Source of the DNA: Candidatus Bruticola sp.
Lineage (GTDB): Bacteria; Vulcanimicrobiota; Xenobia; Xenobiales; Xenobiaceae
Reading direction: 5' to 3'
DNA length: 64,000 nucleotides
Assembly: GCA_051874735.1 (NCBI GenBank)
Contig: JBJEGD010000002.1
Span: 1-64,000 of the forward strand
The notes under the pieces are model-generated. The model did no database searches. It was given only the letters and a program-made list of their open reading frames with translations, and was not told the origin of the DNA. Made by a program: the position numbers and the translations under genes. Below are positions 13,425 to 21,967 of the stretch, piece after piece. The stretch's first letter is position 1. Every line of letters starts with the position of its first letter.

Positions 13425-13854
13425 AATTTTTACCTTCAGACAGCAGCTAGCCGACCGGCTTCAAATTGCGGCTGAGCATCAAAATTTTACTAGATATTTA
13501 ACCCGTCTTAACTTCTCTTCCTTTTTTATGTTGTACCAATAATGTACTTTTTATACAAAAAAATATTTTTATTTAGCTTTGCTAGAGTATAGACGAAATT
13601 AGAAGCGTACTTAATTTATTTTCTCATCTAAATATGCCAAATATGAGCAGCTGTATAATTCTGTTATCAAAATTACTTCTGGCAAACACCAGCCTCATGA
13701 CTGCCAAAAGGGCTGCTACATGCAAAAGAGAATATTAGCCATAGCAGACTTATCTTTTATCGGCCTATAACTCTGCGTGCCATCTTAGTCCGTTCCCAAA
13801 TGGACATAGTGAAAAACGGGCAAAAATTACTTAGATTGGGGAACAGATAAACTT

Positions 13855-15132
13855 ATGACAGATTACGATGATAATGAAGTCCAATTAGCAGAAGCTAAAA
13901 CCGTATCCAAAACTGATCAAAAATGCCCCAACTGTGGCGGACCGATGACTTTTAGCCCTTCCTCAGGCAAAATGGTTTGTGACTATTGTGAATATGAGGA
14001 GGAAGTAAAGCAAGACACTTCCTCTGCTGTCCCCCAAACAGCTGCTGTAACTGAGGCAACTACTTCAGCAGCTGCCGACAGCTCAAAAAAATCAACTGTA
14101 AAAGTAAAAAATAACCGCAGCGGCAATATCATACCGGGAATCCCTATTGAACACACTCCAGAGCAGGCTAATACTGACTGGGGCAATGAAAAAAAAGTTG
14201 TTAAGTGTAAATCTTGCGGAGCCACTGCCGTCTACGATGCCAAACAAATTTCAGATACTTGCCCTTACTGCGATTCAACTTTAGTCACTCAGGAAGATGA
14301 ATCTAAAGTGATGGCTCCTCAAGGGATTATTCCTTTTAGTGTAGATAAAGAAAAAGCCGATCGCGAATTTTTAAACTGGATTAAAGGCTTGTGGTTTGCC
14401 CCCAACGATTTGCGCAAACGCGCCTCAAAAGGTGAAATTAACGGCGTCTACGCCCCTTATTGGTCGTATGACACCGCCAGCAAAGCTAAATATCAAGGTG
14501 AATACGGTATTGAGCGCCAAACAAAAGACACAAACGGCAATACTCACACAAAAATAGACTGGTATCCGACTACAGGCTCTTTAGTCAATCAATTTGATGA
14601 TCATCTAGTTCTATCAGCGGAAAAAAAGAATGCCGAACTTATTAAAGGTGTAGAACCTTTCGATATGAAGGGCTGCAAAGAGTATTTACCTGAATACGTA
14701 GCCGGTTTCATATCTGAACGCTACAGTAAAGGCGTAAGCGAATGCTGGGAGAGCGCCCAACAAGAGTTAAAAGAAGCTCTCAAAGAACTGGCCTCAGAAG
14801 ACATTCAAAATAGACACAACACCGCTCATTCTAGGGTGCGCAGTTTAGACGCCTCTTTCTACGATACTTATTATAAATACATTTTACTGCCCCTTTGGCT
14901 GTCCAGCTATAAATATAAAGGTGGTCTTTATCATTTTGTTATTAACGGCCAAACGGGTACTGTCTCTGGTGATCGCCCTTGGTCTATTCTTAAACTGCTG
15001 CTGACTGCTATATGCATTATGATATTCTTGTGGGCTGCGCTGATATCTGAAGGTAACGATGCCAATACTGTCTTCTTTATAGGTGTAATAGCTTCTATTA
15101 TATCTTGGATCATTGCTAAAATATTCGGCTAA
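13855..15132 (+). CDS. zinc-ribbon membrane protein
   Basis: Four CxxC pairs (CPNCGG, CDYC, CKSCGA, CPYC), GVYAPYW and INGQTG motifs, two C-terminal TM helices. Confidence 0.8.
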   Translation: MTDYDDNEVQLAEAKTVSKTDQKCPNCGGPMTFSPSSGKMVCDYCEYEEEVKQDTSSAVPQTAAVTEATTSAAADSSKKSTVKVKNNRSGNIIPGIPIEHTPEQANTDWGNEKKVVKCKSCGATAVYDAKQISDTCPYCDSTLVTQEDESKVMAPQGIIPFSVDKEKADREFLNWIKGLWFAPNDLRKRASKGEINGVYAPYWSYDTASKAKYQGEYGIERQTKDTNGNTHTKIDWYPTTGSLVNQFDDHLVLSAEKKNAELIKGVEPFDMKGCKEYLPEYVAGFISERYSKGVSECWESAQQELKEALKELASEDIQNRHNTAHSRVRSLDASFYDTYYKYILLPLWLSSYKYKGGLYHFVINGQTGTVSGDRPWSILKLLLTAICIMIFLWAALISEGNDANTVFFIGVIASIISWIIAKIFG

Positions 15133-15176
15133 AACTTGTGCCCTTTGTAAATAACTAACGGCTTAGCCTGGTCAGT

Positions 15177-15219
15177 AAAAAAAAGCCTGAAGGTAACTCG
15201 TGCTTATTCAGGCTTTTTT
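15177..15219 (+). terminator. intrinsic terminator
   Basis: AAAAGCCTGAA...TTCAGGCTTTTTT hairpin after the ORF. Confidence 0.65.
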
Positions 15220-15247
15220 CTTTATCTATAGCTTATTAATATTTAAC

Positions 15248-15280
15248 AAAAAAAAGCGTCCCCGGGAGCAGGGACGCTTT
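15248..15280 (-). terminator. intrinsic terminator of the SPM-like gene
   Basis: AAAGCGTCCC...GGGACGCTTT hairpin followed by a U-tract on the minus strand. Confidence 0.65.
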
Positions 15281-15346
15281 CAGCTCAAAAGATGAAGTTT
15301 AAGCACTGACTAAAACTGCCACTTAAGAGCTCACATAGTCGTCGAA

Positions 15347-16390
15347 TTATAAGCGGGCGGTATCCATGCGGCGGACATCTTTAATGGAAGGCCACCAGTC
15401 GAAGGACTTGAAGGTCTGGCCATTGCGGACATAAGTACCGACCATGTTGTTGTGGGTTACGCCAATAGAGGTAATACCAAGCTCCTGTACAGAAGCGAGT
15501 TCACCCTTATCAGCAATACCGTTGCCATTTCTGTCTTGCCAGACATAAAGGCCTTCGAGCTCAGCACCACTGAGAACGCCGTCGTTATTGGCATCGAGAG
15601 AGGACATCTCATCGTAGCCGTTGGCGTAACCGTTGGTGTTGCCGAAGAAGTTGGCACCAGTCATGGAACCGTCAGCACTGACGCGGCAAAGCAGACCATC
15701 GTTGGCTCCGACCCACTCAGTCAGCACAGGGAAACCGTTGTTCAAGAAATCGAACAACACGGCACCATCGTTTTTGAAAGTTTTAGCGTGGGAAAGGTAC
15801 TCACCGTTGGAAGCTTCAATCTTGCCGTCGCCATCTAAATCGAGGATAATAGGAGATAGGGTGTAGCTTTCGTTAATCTGATAAACCTGATACTCGTGGA
15901 CGTCGAGAGTGCTAGTAGTAGTGCCCTGAGCAGCGTAAGCACCGGAAATATTGTCAACATCACCAACTAAAATGGCATCTTTGCTCATATCAAGAATTAT
16001 GGAGCTCTCGAAGTGATCGAAAGTTGTGGAAGTGCTTCTGCTGTGACCAGTAATAGTGCGGCCGGCAATTACGGTAGCGACCTTGCTATTATAAGCGGCA
16101 ATTTCAGCCTGAACGGCGCTGTCAGAAATATTGCCAGTTACGAAACCGCTCTCGTGAATAACAGTAGTGCTGTGAGCATAAATTTTGTCTTCAGCTTTAC
16201 CGCTGTCATTTCTATACTCGCCAGTCCACTTGCTAATATCGGCGGTACCTTTAACATTGGTGTGGTAGGTGTGATTGTAAACAGTAGAAGCACTACCTCC
16301 AGTCACATCGGTAACACCAGCGAAAGAGGGGGCAGATAGTAGTAGAGCGCCAGATAGTAGTAGGCCTAGGCCGATATACTTGTAATTCAT
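15347..16390 (-). CDS. secreted Ca-binding protein with FrpC-type self-processing-module-like domain
   Basis: Signal peptide from MNYKYIG (ATG 16390, GAAGGGAG RBS); SPIILDLDGDG, WVGANDGLL, LDANNDG and WQDRNGNG..ELASVQELGI motifs. Confidence 0.8.
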   Translation of the reverse strand: MNYKYIGLGLLLSGALLLSAPSFAGVTDVTGGSASTVYNHTYHTNVKGTADISKWTGEYRNDSGKAEDKIYAHSTTVIHESGFVTGNISDSAVQAEIAAYNSKVATVIAGRTITGHSRSTSTTFDHFESSIILDMSKDAILVGDVDNISGAYAAQGTTTSTLDVHEYQVYQINESYTLSPIILDLDGDGKIEASNGEYLSHAKTFKNDGAVLFDFLNNGFPVLTEWVGANDGLLCRVSADGSMTGANFFGNTNGYANGYDEMSSLDANNDGVLSGAELEGLYVWQDRNGNGIADKGELASVQELGITSIGVTHNNMVGTYVRNGQTFKSFDWWPSIKDVRRMDTARL

Positions 16391-16693
16391 ATTTTTTCTC
16401 CCTTCAAGGTGAGCCACAAATAGATTTAAGTTAGATGGGCGGCGCACCATAAAACGACTTTTGCACTTTCAGTATACCAAGTACTCGCGAAAAATGGAAT
16501 AGTCGCTTCCAAATATTTTATCAATTGCGCTGGGATTCAACTTTTTTAGTAATGCAGTTTACTGCTATCAGTTCACAAAGATCGCAGCGAAAAGTAGGAA
16601 AGCAGAACTTTTTATAAAAGTTCACAGGGTACATTTGTATTCCTGAGCCTGGCTTAAGGTCAGATGAGGGTTATAAACACTTCGGAGGCACAA

Positions 16694-17806
16694 ATGCGTT
16701 TTAAACACCTATTATTGGCAGCGGCCTGCTTAGCAACTCTGACATTCGGCGCTGATATAGCCCAGGCAGACAATCATTTTACTACCGCAGCTGATTTTAA
16801 GCGCCAAGGAATTGATATAAAGAACTTCCAACCTATATGCTTTTCCCCCGACAGCAGCTCTATTTTAGGCGTCATTTATAATGGTAAAGACAGTATCGGA
16901 AAGGGGAAAAAGTACAGTTTAGTCGTATTAGATTTCGACAATAAACTGGCTATAAGCAGAATAAAAAAATACGATATTGACATTCCCATGATCGAGCAGG
17001 TCACTTATACTCTAGATGGCAAAGGGATCGTTTTCACCAGCCGAGCCGGAGCCACTTTCCAAAAGCTCGATCTCGATACCGGCAAAATTACCACTATCAT
17101 GGAGCATAAGGCCGGTGTTCCCGGTTTCCGTTGCTATCCTCTGCTAATGGTCCATTATAAAGACAAATTCCTAGCTACCGGATTTTTCTACGACAAAGAC
17201 GACTATGCTGAGCGCAACTCTCTAGTTTATCTCGATACCAATAAGACGGGCGTGAAAGCTTTCACGAAAATAGCCGAAACTCAAAAAGCCCAAAACAAAG
17301 CTCATAGAGAGTCAAAAAATTACTATGAGTGTATGGTTTCTCCCAATAACATGTTCTTTGTTGACAATTTAGGCTCTTCTGTAGATTACACAATCTGGAA
17401 AGTCGGCGATGACACTTTGTCTTTAAAAACTTTTGACAAGGGTTTAGCTACTATCGGTATGTGGGGCTACGAAGACAAGCTCCTTTACTCAGTGCAAAGA
17501 ACCAAAGGCAGCTTCGATTTAGTGCTTTACGATGCCGCTAACAACAAAAAAGTTGATATCGCTAACACTCAGTTCCCTTACCGCGATCTCTTCCTCTCTC
17601 AAGACGGCAAGACCGCTATGTTTAGCGTCTTCAATAAAGATTCCACTAGAGCCAAAACTTACTACGCCCGTGAGAGCGAAGGTTGGAAAGTAACTCCCAT
17701 TGAGGGATACAGCGAGCTGGCTTTTGGTACCCAACGTATTGCCCCTAACGGCAAATACATGTTTATGGTTAACGAAAAGGGTATGAGAATTTTCGAAGTT
17801 AAGTAA
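16694..17806 (+). CDS. secreted beta-propeller-like (TolB/WD40-like) protein
   Basis: Signal peptide ending AQA; repeated FSPDS / YTLDGK / LSQDGK / IAPNGK blade motifs; GGAGG RBS before ATG 16694. Confidence 0.7.
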   Translation: MRFKHLLLAAACLATLTFGADIAQADNHFTTAADFKRQGIDIKNFQPICFSPDSSSILGVIYNGKDSIGKGKKYSLVVLDFDNKLAISRIKKYDIDIPMIEQVTYTLDGKGIVFTSRAGATFQKLDLDTGKITTIMEHKAGVPGFRCYPLLMVHYKDKFLATGFFYDKDDYAERNSLVYLDTNKTGVKAFTKIAETQKAQNKAHRESKNYYECMVSPNNMFFVDNLGSSVDYTIWKVGDDTLSLKTFDKGLATIGMWGYEDKLLYSVQRTKGSFDLVLYDAANNKKVDIANTQFPYRDLFLSQDGKTAMFSVFNKDSTRAKTYYARESEGWKVTPIEGYSELAFGTQRIAPNGKYMFMVNEKGMRIFEVK

Positions 17807-17838
17807 TTTTCTCATTACTGAAAATCAATTAAACTTAT

Positions 17839-17884
17839 AAGGGGTCCGTTTTCTGCTTAGGCTGCAGCCGGACCCCTTTCTTTA
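17839..17884 (+). terminator. intrinsic terminator
   Basis: AAGGGGTCCG...CGGACCCCTT followed by a T-rich tail. Confidence 0.6.
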
Positions 17885-17947
17885 TCAAAGACATCTGCAG
17901 CACTCTACAGCATACCGCTGAGACATACGCTATAAGGTTACTGAACT

Positions 17948-18931
17948 GTGAAAAAATATACTTCTCACCGCTGCTGCACTGCTCCTATGCTGGGCATTAC
18001 AGATCGCCATTTCCGCCAAATTGTTCGCTTTTTATCATCTGAAACCTTAACTTATACTGAATTAGTCCATTCCAATGCTATAACTATGGGACAGTATAAT
18101 TTAAAATTGGACGAAAATGCCCAGGCTGGGCCCACAGCTCTGCAGTTAATAGGATGCATCCCTCAAGATTTAGGAGCTGCGGCGGCTATCGCTAGTCAAT
18201 ACGGCTTCGCAGAAATAAATTTTAATGCCGGATGCCCCAGTCCCAGAGGAGTAAGCGGAAATTTCGGTCTCTGCCTCATGGACGATCCGACTTTAACAGC
18301 GGCCTGCATCAAAGCCTGCTGTCAAGCTTCTTCCCTGCCCGTCAGCTTAAAATGCCGCCTAGGCAGCCGTTTTGACTACAGCTGGGACGAGCTGCTGCGC
18401 TTTATCGATCTCAATGCCGCAGCGGGATGCCGATGCTTCATAGTACACGCTCGCAAAGCTGATCTGAATTTAGACACGCGCAAAAATAGATATGTCCCCC
18501 CTTTGGAGTACCAAAAAGTTTATCACCTTAAGGAATTGTACCCTGAACTAGAGTGGGTCATTAACGGAGATATAAAAAATACTCAGCAGGCTTTGGAGCA
18601 TCTCCAATATGTCGATGGAGTAATGATGGGGCGTTCCCTATATCACAACATCTATCTTTTAGCTGAAGTAGACTCTCTTTTTTTCAACATTCATCACCCT
18701 ATTCTCAGCCGTAGACAGTTTATAGAAGAAAAAATTATTCCTTATGCAGAAAAAGTACTCAAGCAAGGTATAGCCGTTTCTCACGTCGTGCGCCATATTC
18801 TAGGGCTTTACCAATATCAGCCTAAAGCTAATGCCTGGCGCCGCTTCTTGGCTGAAAATGCTTACAAACCAGGTACTAAAGCTGACGTCATTAGGCAGGC
18901 TCTCACAATCTTTGATAAAGAAGAAAGCTAA
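17948..18931 (+). CDS. dusA: tRNA dihydrouridine synthase A
   Basis: APML, NFNAGCPS (catalytic Cys), VKCR-like LKCRLG, HARKA, PPLEY, INGDI and GVMMGR motifs. Confidence 0.88.
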   Translation: MKKYTSHRCCTAPMLGITDRHFRQIVRFLSSETLTYTELVHSNAITMGQYNLKLDENAQAGPTALQLIGCIPQDLGAAAAIASQYGFAEINFNAGCPSPRGVSGNFGLCLMDDPTLTAACIKACCQASSLPVSLKCRLGSRFDYSWDELLRFIDLNAAAGCRCFIVHARKADLNLDTRKNRYVPPLEYQKVYHLKELYPELEWVINGDIKNTQQALEHLQYVDGVMMGRSLYHNIYLLAEVDSLFFNIHHPILSRRQFIEEKIIPYAEKVLKQGIAVSHVVRHILGLYQYQPKANAWRRFLAENAYKPGTKADVIRQALTIFDKEES

Positions 18932-19008
18932 ATACATTAATACAAAAATTACCCGTACGGCCCAAGCTCTGAAGGCTTTATCCTTATTAAGTTGAATTTC
19001 AAGCAGCT

Positions 19009-20058
19009 ATGAAAAATAAAATTTATCAAGCTTTGGAAAACGTCTCTTTCCCCAACAGCAGCAAATCTTTACTGTCCTTGGGCGTAATAAAGGAGGTTAC
19101 AGTTAGAAATGGCAACGAAGCCTCCTTATCTTTAGCTGTACCTGTACCCTATGAAGATACGACCTGGCAACTTAAAGACTTAGTCCGTACCGCTATCCAC
19201 AAAGCTATACCAGAACTAAATTTCGACTTAAAATGCCATACAGAAATTCCCTATGGCACAATTTCGAACGACTCACCGTTAGCTCGAGGCCCAATAAAAC
19301 AATTTGTGGCTGTAGCTTCAGGGAAAGGTGGAGTTGGCAAGAGTACCGTTTCTGTAAATTTGGCCTGCGCTCTAGCCCGTTCCGGCGCCAAAGTTGGACT
19401 ACTCGACGCCGACGTTTACGGCCCTAGCCTGCCCATCATGTTCGGCATAAAGAGGGCGATGCTGCTCACCAATGAAAAACACCAGCTTGTTCCTATGGAA
19501 AAGTACGGCGTCAAACTGATGTCGGTCGGCTTACTGCTAGGTGATTCTCGCAAATCGTTGCTCTGGCGTGGCCCCATGTTGCACAATCTTATGCAGCAGT
19601 TTTTAGAAGAAGTAGATTGGGGTGAGTTAGATTATTTAATTATGGATCTTCCTCCTGGTACCGGAGATATCCAGATGTCTTTAGGCCAATTGGCTCCCCT
19701 TTCAGGGGCTGTTATCGTATCTACTCCCCAAGATTTGGCTTTCAATGTGGCTGTAAAAGCGGTGGATCTTTTCAAAGCTTTAAAAGTTCCTATAGTCGGC
19801 TTAGTAGAAAACATGAGCTACTACATATGCCCCAAATGCGGAGATCGGCAGGACATATTCGGCAGCCACGGAGCCGAAACAATGTGCCAAGAGTTACAAG
19901 TACCGCTGCTTGGTTCCGTCCCCTTAGAAACGAATATCCGCCAAGCCGGCGATAAAGGTACTCCTATAGCGTTACTGGAGCCAGAAAGCCCTTCCGGAGA
20001 AGCTTTCGACAGCATCGCCCGCAATTTAGCTACACGCCTGGCAGAATTAAGTTTCTAA
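19009..20058 (+). CDS. apbC: Mrp/NBP35 (ApbC) Fe-S cluster carrier ATPase
   Basis: SGKGGVGKST, DADVYGPS, WRGPM, DLPPGTGD and ENMSYYICPKC motifs. Confidence 0.92.
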   Translation: MKNKIYQALENVSFPNSSKSLLSLGVIKEVTVRNGNEASLSLAVPVPYEDTTWQLKDLVRTAIHKAIPELNFDLKCHTEIPYGTISNDSPLARGPIKQFVAVASGKGGVGKSTVSVNLACALARSGAKVGLLDADVYGPSLPIMFGIKRAMLLTNEKHQLVPMEKYGVKLMSVGLLLGDSRKSLLWRGPMLHNLMQQFLEEVDWGELDYLIMDLPPGTGDIQMSLGQLAPLSGAVIVSTPQDLAFNVAVKAVDLFKALKVPIVGLVENMSYYICPKCGDRQDIFGSHGAETMCQELQVPLLGSVPLETNIRQAGDKGTPIALLEPESPSGEAFDSIARNLATRLAELSF

Positions 20059-20064
20059 ATAAAT

Positions 20065-20104
20065 AAAAAAGACACAGCCCAAAAAATCGTGCTGTGTCTT
20101 TTTT
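20065..20104. terminator. bidirectional intrinsic terminator
   Basis: AAAAAAGACACAGC...GCTGTGTCTTTTTT between convergent genes. Confidence 0.75.
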
Positions 20105-20155
20105 ATTACGTTACTTAAAAACTAAGCGAAAAGAAGTAACTCTCTACATAAGTTT

Positions 20156-21295
20156 TTAAGAATTGACTATTTCCAGAAGCACAGAGCCATACTCTTTAAG
20201 AAGTTCAGGATAACCAATAGCTACTGCTTCCAATTCTCGCTGATTCTTTGGAGCTCTAATTACTAAAGTTTCCAACATTTTATTAGTGAGCAAAGCTCCG
20301 TTAATTTTACCAGCGGCAGCATATTTATTGCGCCAAGAACGCAGTCTATCAAAAAGATTTATCTGTTTTTCATTGAAACGGCTATTTTCTTTGCGCTTCT
20401 CCTGAGGCCATTCAAGGGGTCCTGCAGATAATCCGGAACGCACCGCCTCTATTAGGGATTGACTATGTTCCTGCATAACTTGCAAATGGCTAGATTTTTC
20501 AAAGAAAACTACAACCTCTTCATAAGTTTGAGGAGCAGCATCTGCCAACTTTACTAACGAATAATCGGAAAGAACTCTAAAAGGCGCTAAATCAAGCTGA
20601 CGGGCTAAACTATCTCGCCAAATATAAAGAGAACGCAAAACTGAGTAAGATTGAGCAGGCAAACTGCGGACATTCTTAACATGAATCCAGTTATCTGGAG
20701 AAAAAGCTCTGTGATGCAAGCGAGAATTTACAATAGAGCGGCACATCCGCTCTGCCACCGCGGCTAAGTTTGCCTCTTCAAGCTGGGCTAAAAGAATTTT
20801 GCGCAAATCGAGCAGAAAACACGTATCATAACGAGCATAGTGATCCATTTCTGGAGGCAAAGGGCGTATCGTCCAATCAGCCCGCTGATACTGCTTATCT
20901 AACTCCACATTAAAGAACATCTTAATCAAACCAGCTAACCCTTTGCTGGGCAGTCCCAACACTTCAGCCGCTACGTAAGTGTCAAAAATATGATTAAAAG
21001 TTAGCTGATGATCGCGGTTTAGATAAGGAACATCGTTACTGCCAGCATGGAATACAGCCGTACAATAGGGAGCATTAAATATTTCGTTCAGCGGGGAAAG
21101 ATCTAAATTTAAAGGATCGATCAAATAATCAGCATCCTCGGAAGACAGCTGTACTAGACACACTTTATCGTGATAGTGATAGTAACAGTCCATCTCTGTA
21201 TCGATCGCAATTAAATTTATACCGCGCAGCTCCTCCACAAGAGCTTTTAAAGCTTCAGCAGTTTCTATAATTGGCGGAGTGCGATGAGCCTTCAT
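20156..21295 (-). CDS. rnd: ribonuclease D (DEDDy exonuclease plus HRDC domains)
   Basis: AIDTE, CLVQL, FDT and DWTIRPL...YARYD motifs; two HRDC-like segments (WRD..A; WRN..A). Confidence 0.87.
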   Translation of the reverse strand: MKAHRTPPIIETAEALKALVEELRGINLIAIDTEMDCYYHYHDKVCLVQLSSEDADYLIDPLNLDLSPLNEIFNAPYCTAVFHAGSNDVPYLNRDHQLTFNHIFDTYVAAEVLGLPSKGLAGLIKMFFNVELDKQYQRADWTIRPLPPEMDHYARYDTCFLLDLRKILLAQLEEANLAAVAERMCRSIVNSRLHHRAFSPDNWIHVKNVRSLPAQSYSVLRSLYIWRDSLARQLDLAPFRVLSDYSLVKLADAAPQTYEEVVVFFEKSSHLQVMQEHSQSLIEAVRSGLSAGPLEWPQEKRKENSRFNEKQINLFDRLRSWRNKYAAAGKINGALLTNKMLETLVIRAPKNQRELEAVAIGYPELLKEYGSVLLEIVNS

Positions 21296-21373
21296 TTTGA
21301 ACCTGATTCTATGTCAAAAAGTATTTTGACAAAAAAAAATAACCCAAGCGGCAGGGCTGCTTGGATTTTCTTG

Positions 21374-21460
21374 TGGTGCCCAGAGCCGGGGTCGAACCGG
21401 CACTCCCTCGCGGGAACGGGTGTTTGAGACCCGCGCGTCTACCAATTCCGCCATCTAGGC
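21374..21460 (-). tRNA. tRNA-Leu(CAA)
   Basis: GCCTAGA/TCTGGGC acceptor stem, anticodon loop CTCAAAC, long variable arm, GGTTCGA T-loop, encoded CCA. Confidence 0.96.
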
Positions 21461-21473
21461 GGGCAACGATGAT

Positions 21474-21502
21474 ATAATACTCATTTGTAGACATCATGTC
21501 AA
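21474..21502 (-). promoter_or_regulatory. sigma70-type promoter of tRNA-Leu
   Basis: TTGACA-17 bp-TATTAT just upstream of the tRNA. Confidence 0.75.
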
Positions 21503-21538
21503 GAGGGTGTATAAAAAAACTTGACGTTCTCTGCTGCC

Positions 21539-21967
21539 CTATATGCCGCTCCCCTCTCGCTTCCACCATTGCCAGGAAGGCACCTTATGATCGAGGTTGA
21601 CAGTAGTTCTATTTAGGTACCACCACCAACGATTAAGAGGCGGATTATTTATTATCTGATATTGTTTAAAATTTGCATGGCCAACTTCTTGCACAAAGAT
21701 GCTGGCCTTGGCCCTCAGTTGTAAATCTAGTTCGCGCACTTTGATCCAGCGGCTTTTAAGGTCAATACCTTTATCATTGATCAGAGCATCGAGCATATCC
21801 TGCACTTCATCGCGGTAATAAAGGAGCTGAGCGGCCGTATATTTTAGATTGCCTATTTGACTAACATATTTCCCGTAATCGGCCAAAGAAGCATCCAAAT
21901 ATTGGAGCAGTTCAGCCGTCTGCAAACCATCATGTTCCTGACTGTCTGCGGATCTTTCGTTAGACAT
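21539..21967 (-). CDS. hypothetical protein with PPxxRWWWYL motif
   Basis: 142-aa ORF overlapping the ispD 3' end, GGAGGAG RBS. Confidence 0.75.
   Translation of the reverse strand: MSNERSADSQEHDGLQTAELLQYLDASLADYGKYVSQIGNLKYTAAQLLYYRDEVQDMLDALINDKGIDLKSRWIKVRELDLQLRAKASIFVQEVGHANFKQYQIINNPPLNRWWWYLNRTTVNLDHKVPSWQWWKREGSGI

Noticed and set aside
13680-13800. Possible c-di-GMP-I riboswitch (GGCAAAC start)
   Set aside because: The GNRA-capped P2 stem and GCAAAG/P3 elements are absent
21309-21569. 86-aa ORF
   Set aside because: It overlaps tRNA-Leu and its promoter; the translation is a tRNA shadow
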